A stretch of 64,000 nt of DNA from NCBI GenBank assembly GCA_965637545.1, contig OZ281501.1, positions 11,656,001 to 11,720,000 on the forward strand. The letters are read 5' to 3'. Positions 13,302 to 25,374 of the stretch are shown here, piece by piece (the first letter of the stretch is position 1; every line of letters starts with the position of its first letter). The DNA comes from Phallusia mammillata. Its lineage: Eukaryota. The notes beneath the pieces were generated by a model. The model ran no database searches and was not told the DNA's origin. It saw nothing but the letters and a program-made list of their open reading frames with translations. The position numbers were made by a program, and so were the translations under genes.

Positions 13302-16300
13302 TCATGTGGGGGCAAACTGGGTTGAAACCCAAGCAAGTCCCCATTTAAGGTTGGTCAGCATAAACTTGAGAGCTTTGGTCCACTGTTCCTCCGAGTTAAA
13401 CTGCATTTTTATGGAGTACGATGCACCCGACCCACCAGTGTCTTCGATCTTACCTTTTTCCATTCTAACAAAAAAGGTTAAATGAATGCATGGTTTAGGG
13501 ATGTTTTGTTTATCAAATGATATAAAGTGTGATGTTGTATAAGTAACCTGTAAGGGAGTGCAAATCCACTGTTTCCCTCCACTTCCTCTTTAAACTGCTG
13601 CAAACAGTCAAGGAATGCAACCATTGCCTGGTCAAATTTAGTGTCCCACAAAAATCGTAGCCCACCTGATCCATACAAAGGAAGATCCTACACAACAACA
13701 GAGACTTTTTGGTCTTGAAATGAGCTATTTAGGGATAGGCTTCAATTATACACAGGGTTGCCATACCGTCCTTATTTCTAAGATTTGTCCTTATTTTAAA
13801 GGGCTATGTCTTAGAAAAGTTCATTGTCCTTATTTCTAAGAAATGTCCTTATTTTTGACTTGAGTCCTTATTTTGTCTTATTTTCAACAATTATGAGTTA
13901 AATCCCTGCTACAAGTAAAAGTAAACCAAGACTTGAGCTGTTGTGAGATGCACGAAACATTTTCTACGAATAAGGGGTAGCTGGTACAGATTGTTTCTGG
14001 CCAAAATATTGCATATGATATGTCATGGCTCATATAAATGCAAAGATTTGTTCAAAAACGCTTGTTTTGTTTCGCATAAAAGTTTAATTTTTCGGTTGTC
14101 CTTATTTTTGGTTTCAAGTCGATGGCAACCCTGATTATACAGTACAAAGGAAGATCCTACACAACAACAGAGACTTTTTGGTCTTGAAATGAGCTATTTA
14201 GGGATAGGCTTCAATTATACAGTACATTCAAATATTTATATGGCACTCATTTTAAAATGTCACAGTTTTGCCACAAATACAAGTGTAGTCGGGTATATTG
14301 ACGGGTTTTGCCATTTGTAAACACAAAAATACCTTTGATTTGTCATCTAATGATTCTAAGTAGGAATGGTTTCCAAAAGGTACAAGCTTGTATCGCTTAA
14401 ACCTGAGACCCATTTTCTTGGCCAGGGAAGAGAGTAGAAGAACAACCTGACCCCAGGCAGCATTAATCTCTGTCCACTCTATGTGCATTCCAGGGAGTCG
14501 GCCTAATCGAAAACCATTTATTGTCCCAAAATGACCCTGATGCCTACAATGCAAAAAAAATCAAACATATTTCTATTACATGCATTTAACATCAATGTGT
14601 AATGTGTATGTAGAAAAAAATACCCAAACATCTAAAAGCACTTTTTCAAACCAGAGAGATTTGGCTTTGTGGTGACAAAATAACTAACCAAATGTGAAAC
14701 GTAGCATTGAAGACATTGGTCTTTGACAACTTTTTTAACTGTGTTTCAACATGAGCAAGTTGCTTGTCTGCACTACATTGTTCTTCCTCCAGTTCAAGTT
14801 GTTGGGCCCGAAGCTCTGAATACTCCTGCATATGTCTGATCAGAAGCAAAATACAAATTTACACACAAAAAAATAACAAATGTTGTTTAAATTATTTAGG
14901 TTATGACTTGTCACAACTATTGTATTTTCTTACTTTTCTTCTTCCTTACAAATTTGTTGCTTTTGTTTTTCAATACCAATGATTTCCTTTTCAACATCTT
15001 GTCTTTCTCTTTCAGTTTCATCTAATCTGCGCACAAAAAAAGTTTTTTTTGTAAATTGCTTTTTATAAAAATGTGTTATTCAATATGTGCTAAAACAGTT
15101 TTGTGGCAAACAAAATAATCTCTGTCTCCAAGCTGATGTATCATGGTGCCTTACAGATACATTTGTCTTGATAAACAACACATCCAAATTATCACACTGT
15201 ATATCACTGCTACAAATTAATTATTTACTGGGAAAGCAAAAGTTTTTCCTCCGTTTTCAACTTCTCCAATTCTTCAGCAAGCTGCTCCACTGAGTCATTC
15301 TTGTCACTTGATTCTATGGTCTTCAGATAGTCTCTTCAAAAATGCAACAGCCATAAGTAAACTAAACAAAAGCTCTACAACAAACAAAAGGTTAAAATCA
15401 CCTGTATTGGTCACATTCCTCTGTACATCTGTCAGACTCTCTTTTCAACTGTTCAACAAGAGTTTCAGTACATTCTTCACACAGAGGATGTTCCATATTT
15501 GAGTTTCCAGACACAATATCAAACAGCCGAACTATAGTCTACAAAAGATCAAATTTTTGAGATAATGCTACTTATCCTGTTTTTTAGTTGACAAAAATAA
15601 ATGTTAAAAATTATATATTTAGGTTAAGAACTAAATGAGTAAAAAATATATGAGTGTTTTACTTTCATGCCATGACTTAGGGTTTCCATTGATACTCCAT
15701 TTGTTTCACCAATAAAAGTAAAGCTGTTTGTGCTTTCTTGACATGTAACAGTATGGTCTGTTGTTGTTGAAACTGTGTTGTTGTCATAAATAGAATGTAC
15801 AGATTCTGTTGCAGCATTAGTTTTGTCACTCCCTGATGACATCACATCATGTTCCTGGGGTGGCTTGTCATCTGATGAGCTTGACTCCTAGTTAACACAA
15901 TATTTGGTATCATCCTGTTCATAGAATTTATGTACAAAACTATAAGTTGTTCCAGGCTCCTATTTGCTTTGGTATAGATACTGATGATAAAATCTACCAA
16001 TAAATGCATAATTAATCACAATATTTAATGGCTGTGCTAGAGTTGCCAAAATGGCAGGATATAGGTCAAAATGTTGCTTTGTTTGCATTATATGATCATT
16101 GTGATGCTCCAAAACACCACTGAAAATATTCTCCGAAAACTTCAAGGCCTTCCAATAATTATGAAAATGTTAACCAAATTGTTTATGGGTGGACTTACCT
16201 AGTCTGATAAACATTATGGTAATAAGGTCTAAAGTTAATTAATGCTTTGGAATAGTAAGTAAAAATAATCACACATAGCTGACTCACCGATACTTCAGCA

Positions 16301-16464
16301 TCATTTCCAATGGGATCTTGGTTTTCATGTGCCAAGTTTAGAAGATTCTGGGATGTGCCAACTAGGTCTTGTAGGGTGTTGGAATCAATTGCATCAAACG
16401 ACGAATCAAGCTTAATTAGTTGGTTACATTTTGTGCACATGAAACAAACTGTTTCATCACCCAT
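13302..16464 (-). CDS. BECN1: Beclin-1 / Atg6 (~465 aa)
   Basis: Nine phase-compatible exons: 16464-16288, 15887-15663, 15538-15402, 15333-15229, 15026-14934, 14835-14689, 14543-14333, 13687-13548, 13464-13302. Motifs [58 protein letters not shown]. Confidence 0.98.
13674..14221. repeat. 79-bp direct repeat flanking a MITE (13674-13752 and 14143-14221), containing the exon 8 splice acceptor
   Basis: Both copies read TACAAAGGAAGATCCTACACAACAACAG...TTCAATTATACA and appear identical. Confidence 0.95.
13753..14133. mobile_element. hAT-type MITE (381 bp) in Beclin-1 intron 7
   Basis: 12-bp TIR CAGGGTTGCCAT / ATGGCAACCCTG, 8-bp TSD ATTATACA, repeated subterminal GTCCTTATTT motifs. Confidence 0.93.
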
Positions 16465-16960
16465 AGCTAAATTGCAACTTTTTATTGACTCAAGTCCAAG
16501 GACCTATAATAAATAATATGAAAATACAAATACCATAACAGAAGTTATCAGAAACAAATAAAGTTGGTTACAAATTCCTTGGACAAAACCCAAACAAACA
16601 TTTGTCATTTTGTCAACCAACAAATTAATTTCTTTCCTCTCATCCGACAGTTAAAAATTCATGATCATAAATTAATTACACGGAAGTGGTACAGTTCTTA
16701 AATCTACGCAGAACTCTTGCAGTTTAACATTTTCAAATCACAAAATTAACACAAATCATATAAGGGTAAATTGTGTGACGTTACTTTAACTGGATTTAAT
16801 AGCCGATGTAAAGCCCAAAGCCGAGAACGATTTGAAAAGCTTACTGTGCCCGCAATCGTGAAACCACACCACCGCAATCATTGCACAAAATATTAATGTT
16901 TGAGCTTAGCCTACTGTCAAAAACATTAAGCAATGTAAGCTGTGTTAGCCAAACGGACCT

Positions 16961-18590
16961 GTAGGGACATGTCTAAAAGACGGAAATACGGGACGACGGA
17001 AATACGCAAATCGAGGTCTAAAAGACGGGAGAGACGGGGTTACGGGACAGACGGGAAAAGTGCCAAACTAAAAGACGGGAGAGGCGGGACTACGGGAAAG
17101 CGCATATTCAACATGTCCAAAAGACCGGGACTGGTTAAAAGTTCACGCGCAGTTCTTTTTGCGTTAGACGGGACTACGGAAAAGCATTTGTTCGATATGA
17201 CTAAAAGACGGGACTGGGTAAAAGTTCACACGCAGTTCTTATAGCGTTAGACGAGGCTACGGAAAGGCGTTTGTTAGACATGACTAAAAGACGGGACTGG
17301 GTGAAAGTTCACATATAGTTCTTAAAGCGTTAGGCACGACTCGGAAAAGCGTTTGTTAGACACAGGGAGTCGAACCGCTTGTCATATGGGTTCAGGTTCG
17401 GTTCGGGTTCACTTGGTTTTGTTTTTAAGGGTTCGGGTTCAGGTCCGGTTTTTAAAAATGTATATTTTCGGGTTCGGGTTTTGTTCCGGTTTGGGCAAGT
17501 TATCCGGTCCGAACCGGTTTGCGGTTTTTAAACCGGTTCAAGTTTTTATTCGTTTCAATTCAATTCTACCCATCATCTACCTGGCCTTATCAAACGCCAA
17601 AATAATTTTGCCCGTGTGCTGTTATCTTTGACAGTGCGCTGTTTTGAACAAAAAATCATAAAATATAAAACAGACTGCATTTTTTACGTGTTCGGTTCCG
17701 GTTCGCGTCCAACGCCAAACAAAATATAGGGTTCAACTCCGGTTCGGGTTTTTAGAAAATCGTAAATAGCGGTTCGGGTTCGGTTCGGGTTTAATGAAAT
17801 TAACCGCTCAAACCGGTTCGCGGGTTCGGGTTCAGTTCCGGTTCGACTCCCTGGTTAGACATGACTAAAATACGGGACTGGGTGAAAGTTCACTTATAGT
17901 TCTTATAGCGTTAGACGGGACTACGGAAAAGCGTTTGTTAGACATGACTAAAATACGGAACTGGGTGAAAGTTCACATATAGTTCTTACAGCGTTAGACG
18001 GGACGACGGAAAAGCGCATACGTATTCCACATGATTAAAAGACGGGACTGGGTAAAAGTTCACATATAGTTCCGATAGCGTTAGACGGGACTATGGAATA
18101 GCATTTGTCAGACACGACTAAAAGACGGGACTGGGTGAAAGTTCACATACAGTTCCTATAGCGTTAGACGGGACTACGGAAAAGCGTTTGTTAGACATGA
18201 CTAAAATACGGGACTGGGTGAAAGTTCACACGCAGTTCTCATAGCGTTGGATGGGACTACGGAAAAGCGTTTGTCAGACACGAGTAAAAGACGGGACTGG
18301 GTGAAAGTTCACACATAGTTCTAATAGCGTTAGACTGGACTACGGAAAAGCGTTTGTTAGACATGACTAAAATACGGGACTGGGTGAAAGTTCACACGCA
18401 GTTCTCATAGCGTTGGATGGGACTACGGAAAAGCGTTTGTCAGACACGAGTAAAAGACGGGACTGGGTGAAAGTTCACACATAGTTCTAATAGCGTTAGA
18501 CTGGACTACGGAAAAGCGTTTGTTAGACATATACATGATGAAAGTTCAAATATAGTTCTTATTAGCGTTAGGCAGGACTGGGAAAGTTCA
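16961..18590. repeat. 83-bp minisatellite array (~12 units plus shorter proto-units), interrupted by a MITE
   Basis: Unit starts at 17855, 17938, 18108, 18191, 18274, 18357, 18440 and 18523. Consensus TTAGACATGACTAAAAGACGGGACTGGGTGAAAGTTCACA...GCGTTAGACGGGACTACGGAAAAGCGTTTG. Confidence 0.95.
17363..17853. mobile_element. hAT-type MITE (491 bp) inserted in the satellite
   Basis: Perfect 14-bp TIR CAGGGAGTCGAACC / GGTTCGACTCCCTG, 8-bp TSD GTTAGACA, many subterminal CGGGTT/CGGTTC motifs. Confidence 0.95.
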
Positions 18591-18920
18591 GTGGCACGAC
18601 ACATGTTCAGTGCGCGAAAAAGGCACCACTGGTTTGACTTGATTGATCGACGTGTCCATATCAAACAATTTGTTGCTTCCTATATCAGTGGGAGGCCTCA
18701 AATGTGGGAGTCTAATTTCTCGTTAAATAATGGCCGAGGAATGTGCTCTTAACAAAGTAGCCTTCAGACTCTTACGCTTGCAATACGCGACCACTATATT
18801 TGCGTTTGAACACCTGTTGAAAACGGTGGATGCTTTTTGTAGTTTAAACTCATTACAGCATTTCAATTTCTTGCGTTGTACTCTGCTATTAATGCTGTTT
18901 GTATCTTCGAAGGTTGTAAA

Positions 18921-19251
18921 TAGTGATGCAGTTTCGGCTCGAACTTTTTTTGAAAATTCGGCCTAAACTGAACTTTTTGATTGCATGAAATTCATACCTA
19001 AAGTTTCATTTTCTCAAATACGAAACATTATAAATGAATTAATTGTTGCATCTATAAAATACGAGCCACGTTATCTAGCAAATATAAGTTTAGTAAAGCT
19101 TCCGTATTGTAAAAGTGACTTTGGTTTGTCATAATTCAGTTCACTCGCATTAACAACACAAAGGTTCAGTTGAAAACATCCATGGGAAAGGGGGTTTTAG
19201 GTTCGGTCTGATTCGGCCCGATCCTTTTTACATGGGTTCGGTTCATCACTA
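18921..19251. mobile_element. hAT-type MITE (331 bp)
   Basis: TIR TAGTGATG / CATCACTA, 8-bp TSD GTTGTAAA on both sides, subterminal TTCGG motifs. Confidence 0.85.
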
Positions 19252-19996
19252 GTTGTAAACAATGCAAAAGAGAAAGAAACTATTCAATTTTTATTTCTGA
19301 TGTGTCAGCATGAAAAGTTAAGTACCAGAACACGTTTTTTTGGTCAGGCAAGCAGGTGTTGCAAAATATCTGTTTCTTTCGAGTTCTTGGCAATGCCCAT
19401 AGCCTCGTCGCATTTGTCCCACAGGTTGGCTTGGTCGTTTGTTTCGAAAAGCATTCATTCGAGAGGGGAAATATTGGGCAATTACAACTTTTCCACATTC
19501 TCAGCTGCTCATAAAAGTTACTCTTTAGACTTTTTTTAAATTTTTTTTTTTCAAAACTGTGACATTTGTTAACTGTCGCATCGCTGGGAATAAACCTAAA
19601 GCCAGTTACGAGCTTTTATATGTCACAGTTTTGGCGAGGGGAATGTTGTTTAGTATGGAAAAACAATTTAGGAAAACCTCTTAACATACAGTCGCGCTAT
19701 TCCTGTTTGCGTAAGACGGTACTGCTCATGTTTTTACACTAGCTCGGCAAACTTTGGTTAAAGTTTTCGATTCATTGATTAGTTGAACTTGATATTTCGT
19801 CAGTCATATTTTCAAGCGTATATATGGGAGGCAAATTTATTTTCTGACTTAAACTTTCGCTGGCATTTGTTGTCGCTGTCCGGCCATCAATCTGCAGTTG
19901 TGTTTATCAAGTCTTCTTTCAGGGACCATTAAAAGTAACCACGAAAAGATAAGGAGCATGTACTGCTAAGAATTTAAGAGCAATCCTCATAATCAT

Positions 19997-20118
19997 CCAG
20001 TCCCGTCTAACGCTATAGGTCAGTAACTATATGTGAACTTTCACCCAGTCCCGTCTTTTAGTCATGTCGAACAAACGCTTTCCCGTAGTCCCGTCTATAA
20101 GAACTGCGTGTGAACTTT
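19997..20118 (-). repeat. Inverted ~1.5-unit copy of the 83-bp satellite
   Basis: CCAGTCCCGTCTAACGCTAT...GTGAACTTTCACCCAGTCCCGTCTTTTAGTCATGTC is the reverse complement of the array unit. Confidence 0.9.
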
Positions 20119-20180
20119 GGTAGAGCTACTAACACGGGTAGAAGGCCCTGTCTGAGAACTTCTGGTAGGTGGCGCAACAG

Positions 20181-20263
20181 AGCATAGGCGTTTATGGTGC
20201 TGACTCGCAATTATTCTTACCATAAACCCAAATTGCTGTAACAGCACCATAAACGCCTATGCT
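20181..20263. other. Perfect 22-bp inverted repeat forming a hairpin
   Basis: AGCATAGGCGTTTATGGTGCTG (20181-20202) is the exact reverse complement of 20242-20263; inner 6-bp stem GCAATT/AATTGC. Confidence 0.9.
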
Positions 20264-20571
20264 AAACGGTATTAAATTATAATTCGAAGTTTAACGTTCA
20301 TCACATCACCACACTAAAACAACCTTGTTCTTTTTCAAAAGTGAAATCCACCTGCAAATAAGCTGAAGAATAATAAAGGCATAATTGTCACTTATGTAGT
20401 TGGTAAATCATAAATTCTTTGGAAAGGAGGACATTTGGGTAATTTTTCTAGTCCTCGGAGGACAATTTTGTTTTTGTTAAAAAGGAGGACACGTCCTCCA
20501 AAAAGGGGACGTATGGTAGGCCTATTGTAGCATAGCACTGTTTGTATATCCTGTCATTAAACACTGTAAAC

Positions 20572-20905
20572 CAGGGGTGTCCAACTCGAAAACACCGCCG
20601 TGCCAATTTTGGTTTTGAAATGTGCTCGCGTGCCGCAACGTTTGATACTTTTCCCAAACCATGTCTTAAACATCTTAACGGTATGGACTCAATCCGAAAA
20701 CATGTAAACCCCTTTTAAATAATTAGAAAACAAAGATGTCGTCCAATGCGAGTAACCTGTTTATGATACTCCAGAAACCATTCCGTTTATGCAACACAAG
20801 ATACAAATAGTTTGTTTACCACTTGAATGTGCAAAAGCTTGCGTGCCATTTGCAAATGCTCTGTATGCCATTTTTGGCACGCGTGCCACGTGTTGGACAC
20901 CCCTG
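20572..20905. mobile_element. hAT/Charlie-type MITE (334 bp)
   Basis: Perfect 14-bp TIR CAGGGGTGTCCAAC / GTTGGACACCCCTG, 8-bp TSD CTGTAAAC. Same family as 48813-49258. Confidence 0.95.
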
Positions 20906-21107
20906 CTGTAAACAAACAATGAATCTGTTAAGGCAGTGGTTCCCAACCTTTTTTGTTACATTCCTCCCTTTGCCCATTTTCGAACTATTCATTCCTCCCC
21001 ATTAGACAAAAAACAAATATAACATAAAAAATTATAGCAATTTGAAATAGACCTTATAATTAGGGATGTCCATTTCAGAATCTTTTACAACTGGATTTTC
21101 AATTTCA

Positions 21108-21323
21108 ACTAGAAGAGTGGCTTTCTGATATACTTCCATTTTATATATTCTATACGATATTTACCAATTTACTATACACATCATTTGATCTACACATATG
21201 ATTGTTTTTGTAAACAAAAACTAATGGGTCCCCACACGCATGTTTGTGCGGATTTACGGTAAACAAATGTTGCGGTGATTTTTACATTCTTAAGGACAAA
21301 TTTTTAGAAAGCATTAACCCAAC
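21108..21323. repeat. Interspersed repeat fragment, homologous (inverted) to 50014-50229
   Basis: Collinear similarity over ~215 bp (e.g. CATCATTTGATCTACACATATGATTG, GGGTCCCCACACGC). A TAGGGATG hAT-like end at 21061 has no partner end that I could find. Confidence 0.75.
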
Positions 21324-21492
21324 AATTAAAAAAATTGTTAGTATTCTTTTTGCACTATTATTGTCATGTAATTACAAAAACATTAAAAAACGTAACAAAG
21401 ACTTAAATCTAATCTCTTGCTTTGACCCAGATATAGTCCTCCAAGGTCGGGCAATTTTTTTTAGAAAGCTGTAACAGTTGTGTTACAGACAC

Positions 21493-21623
21493 TGTCATGA
21501 ACGCACACACGTTTAAGCGGTTACCTGTATTGACTGCCACGTTTAAGACGCGGTACACGGTTATATACGAAACGTGACGTCATAACTCAGGGACGACATC
21601 TAGCGGTAAATACATACATCACA
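21493..21623 (-). repeat. 3' LTR (131 bp)
   Basis: Direct repeat of 25375-25505 with one G/A mismatch. Confidence 0.97.
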
Positions 21624-21635
21624 ACTTCCCTTCGT

Positions 21636-24600
21636 TTAAATTGAACTTAACTGACGTCTCGAAGGGTAAGGATTCACAATAACATTCAATGGACGTAAAT
21701 GAACACGATTACGCCGATATAATACACCATCACTAGTTTTTACAAGATAAGAGCGATGAGATAACTGTTTTTCTATAGTTCCCTGTTGATCCCATAGTTT
21801 GTTTTGGGTATTGTAAAGTTTCACAGGAGTGTTCACTTGTAATTGCAGCATGTTTCTTGTTCCCCTGTCATAATACTTCTTTTGTTGTTTTCTTTCTTTT
21901 CCAAACGGACGGCAAGTTGAACTTTTTAACTTTTCGATATCCAGGGGCATCGTGTGTCTGATTTGCCGACCCATGAGAAGCTGTGCAGGCGATTTTCCTC
22001 AAAGGAGAGGAGCACTCCTAAATATTAACAAACTTTTGTTAAAATCCTGTACACTGGCGTGAGCTTTTTTAAGTAGTTGCTTCGTTGTCTGGACACTCCT
22101 CTCAGCCAGTCCGTTAGATCGTGGATAATGTGGACTCGAGGTTAAATGAAGAAAGCCCCATTCCTCGGCGAATTTTGCAAACTCCTCACTGGAAAACTGA
22201 GGACCGTTATCACTGATAACAGTTTCGGGAATTCCAAACCTGGAAAAAATAGTTTTCAAACCACTTATAACAGACGCCGCAGAAGTTGTAGTCAACGGGG
22301 TTACTTCTGGATATCCGGAGTAGTAGTCCGCTGTTACCAAAAACATTTTTCGGTTCCAATAGAACAGGTCAGTTGCCACTTTCTGAAACGGATAAGAAGG
22401 AGCTTGGTGAGGTTCTAACGGTTGGCGTTGTTGCTGTGACCTGAATTTTGCACAAATGGCACAGGAAGAAACCAAACCAGATATGTCGTTGGATAACCCA
22501 GGCCAATATATACTTTCCCGAGCTCGTCCTTTGCATTTTACTTCACCCAAATGGCCTTCATGCACACGTTCTAAAAAATAACTGCGCATAGACATTGGAA
22601 CAACTATTCGAGATCCACGAAACAAAATACCGTCAACAACAGAAAGTTCATTTTTGACATCCCAAAAGGGTTTTGCTAAAACAGGACAAGCACGCTTATG
22701 TAAAGGCCAACCATTATTTACAAGACGCGTTACAATTTGCAACTGTTCGTCACATATGGTTTTACTTTGTAACTTTTGTTTAACTAATGGCATACAAGCA
22801 ATAGCGGATACAATTAGATCTACATATTCACATACACTATGACAAGAAAGCGATTGAACGGACACACTGTTCTCCACACATCTTGATAACAAATCAGCTG
22901 TGTGCATGAATTTACCTGGAGTAAACTCTGCGGTGAAATGAAATCTTTGCAACCGGATCATTAGACGTTGAATGCGCAACGGACAGTTATTTAACTCCTT
23001 GAGAAACAACGCTATGAGAGGTTTGTGATCAGTTTCTACCACAAACTTCTGACCATAAACATACTGATAAAATCTTTCACATGCAAAGGTGATAGCAAGC
23101 AATTCTTTTTCAATTTGTGCATACCTTGTTTCAGCGGTTGTTAAAGCTCTTGCCGCATAAGCCACTGGCTGCCACATGTTGTCATGCTGTTGCAAAATTA
23201 CAGCTCCAAGTCCATGTTTAGATGCGTCTGCCGAAATTTTGATCGATTTCTTGGGGTCGAAAAACCGAAGTACTGGGGCAGTTGTGACCAGCCGTTTTAA
23301 ATTCCTCCATTCCATTTCGTGTGCTTGCGTCCACTCCCAGTTGCTCCGTTTATGCAATAACAAACGCAAAGAAGATGTTTTAGTAGACAAGTCGGAAATG
23401 AAACGACCTAGGTACGTGACCATTCCCAAAAATTTCAGCAAGTCACCCTTAGACTGTGGACGCTTTAGTTGCTCTATTGCATGAACTTTATTTGGATCAG
23501 GTTGAACACCTGAAGCACTAACAACTTCACCAAGAAAAGTAATCTTGTCTACACCGAACACACATTTTTCCTTATTGAGTTTCAGATTATTGCGTTGCAA
23601 AACCGTTAACACATTTTTAAGCCTCATGTCATGTTCCTGCTTAGTTGAACCCCAAACCACAATATCGTCCATAGACGTAACAACGCCATTCATGTGTTCA
23701 AACATCATGTACACCAACTTGTGAAACACTTCTGGCGCAGAACAAATGCCGAACGGCATGCGCAAAAATCTATACCGTCCAAACGGAGTATTAAACGTAC
23801 AAAGCTTAGAACTATCTTCATCCAACTTTACTTGCCAAAACCCAGACAAAGCGTCGAGTTTAGAAAATACTTTAGCATTTGAAAATTGACTAATAATTTC
23901 TTCTCTAGTCGGAAGACAGAAATGCTCACGCAAAATTGCTTTGTTTAAATCTCGCGGATCTAAGCAAACTCTTAGTTTTCCGTTTTTCTTTTCTACTATT
24001 ACAAGAGAGTTCACCCACTTAGTTGGTTCTTCTATTCTTTTGATTACTTGCATGCTTTCCATTCTTTGTAGCTCCTGTTGTAGTTTGTTTTTAAGTGCAA
24101 ATGGAATTTTTCTGCTGGGACGGACTACGGGACAAACTCTGCTATCGGTCTTTATTCGGTGACAACCTGGAACACAACCCAACCCTTGAAATAAATCTGA
24201 AAAGCTGGACAGAAAATTTTGTTCGTCACTGACAATCGGTTCCAGTCTATTTATTAGGCCAAGAGTTACTGCTCCATTTAATCCTATAATAGGCAATGCA
24301 TTAATCTCCACAACAACAAATGGTAGAGTAAATGATTGCTCTCTGTATTGAAGTGTTGAACTAATTGTCCCACAAACTGGAATATGGTGGCCAGTATATG
24401 AGATCAATCGAATATTAGTAGAAGAAACATATGGACGTTCCTGAAGTTTTTGAAAATCATTCCGTGACAAAATATTAACTTGGGCTCCCGTATCTATCTT
24501 AAAACGAAGTGTACATGAAAGCACAAAAATGTCAACAAGCCAATCTTTTGGTGAACTAGTAGTACTTACAGATTGCATGTTGTACGTCTGAATTGTATCC

Positions 24601-25346
24601 GCGCGTTGCGCTTGCGGGTGATTAGCTGCACTGCAACATCGAGCGAAGTGGTTTCTTCCACCACACTTCAAGCATCGCCTTCCCCAGGCAGGACACGCTC
24701 TGACGTCATGTCGCAAGGCACAGAATCTGCAAACTCGAGGCGCTGGTAATTGATTACCACGTGGTTCGCGTTGAACAGCATCCAAGCTAAAACTTTTAGA
24801 ATTTGTTGATCGAAACATTGTCATTTGCGATCTTACTGTTTCGTTTGTTATGCACATTTTAATAGCTTTTTCAAGCGTTAGTTCCACTTCCCGCAGCAAA
24901 CTTTGACGAAGTTGATCACACTTGATACCAATAATAATTTTGTCTCGGATTAATGAGTCGCAAAGTTCACCGAAATCACAGCTTTTAGACAGTTTTTTTA
25001 AATCGGTTATAAAAACATCTATTCTTTCACCATCATTTTGATTTCTAGAAAAAAACCTGTATCGCTCGCTGGTGATATTCTTCCTCGGACAACAGTAGCT
25101 TTCGAAGGCATTGACCACAGTTTCAAAGTGCATTTCTTGTCCTTCTTCAAATTTAAATGTTGAGTGGATGGTTTGACCTTGCTCTCCCAACACGTGGAGC
25201 AACATAGATGTTTTAACTTTTGCAGCCTTTCCGTCATAACCAACAGCTGTCAAATAAAGCCTAAATCCCCTAATAAACTTAACCCAGTTTTGTGACACAT
25301 TGCCACTCCATTGCATAGCTTCCGGCAGTGAGAACGAACCTTCCAT
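21636..25346 (-). pseudogene. gag-pol polyprotein (~1236 codons) with one in-frame TGA in the integrase
   Basis: Zinc knuckles CRFCALRHDVRAC and CLKCGGRNHFARC; protease DTGA; RT SMDD; RNase H DAS..EKELL..TDHKPL; integrase HHCC and D,D(35)E. ORF 25346-21999 continues in the same frame after TGA as GKSPAQLLMGRQIR to 21636. Confidence 0.93.
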
Positions 25347-25359
25347 TTTATTTGAAAAA

Positions 25360-25374
25360 CCACTTCTGACACCA
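25360..25374 (-). promoter_or_regulatory. Primer-binding site, probably tRNA-Leu
   Basis: TGGTGTCAGAAGTGG directly follows the 5' LTR and is complementary to the 3' end (...CCACUUCUGACACCA) of eukaryotic tRNA-Leu(CAA) as I recall it. Confidence 0.8.

Noticed and set aside
16942-17631. ORFs 16942-17244 and 17353-17631
   Set aside because: They are read-throughs of the satellite and the inserted MITE.
16961-18590. CRISPR-like look of the regularly spaced repeat
   Set aside because: Whole units repeat with no unique spacers, there are no cas genes, and the context is a spliced eukaryotic genome.
18730-18966. 78-aa ATG-initiated ORF
   Set aside because: Runs into the MITE at 18921 and shows no recognisable motif.
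21999-22001. Programmed readthrough or selenocysteine at the integrase TGA
   Set aside because: Context TGA-GGA is not a typical leaky stop and the position is not the gag-pol boundary; a nonsense mutation or base error is simpler.
23660-23680. RT motif SMDD instead of YxDD read as an inactivating mutation
   Set aside because: Both aspartates are intact, and non-Tyr residues at this position are common in Mag-like gypsy elements as I recall.
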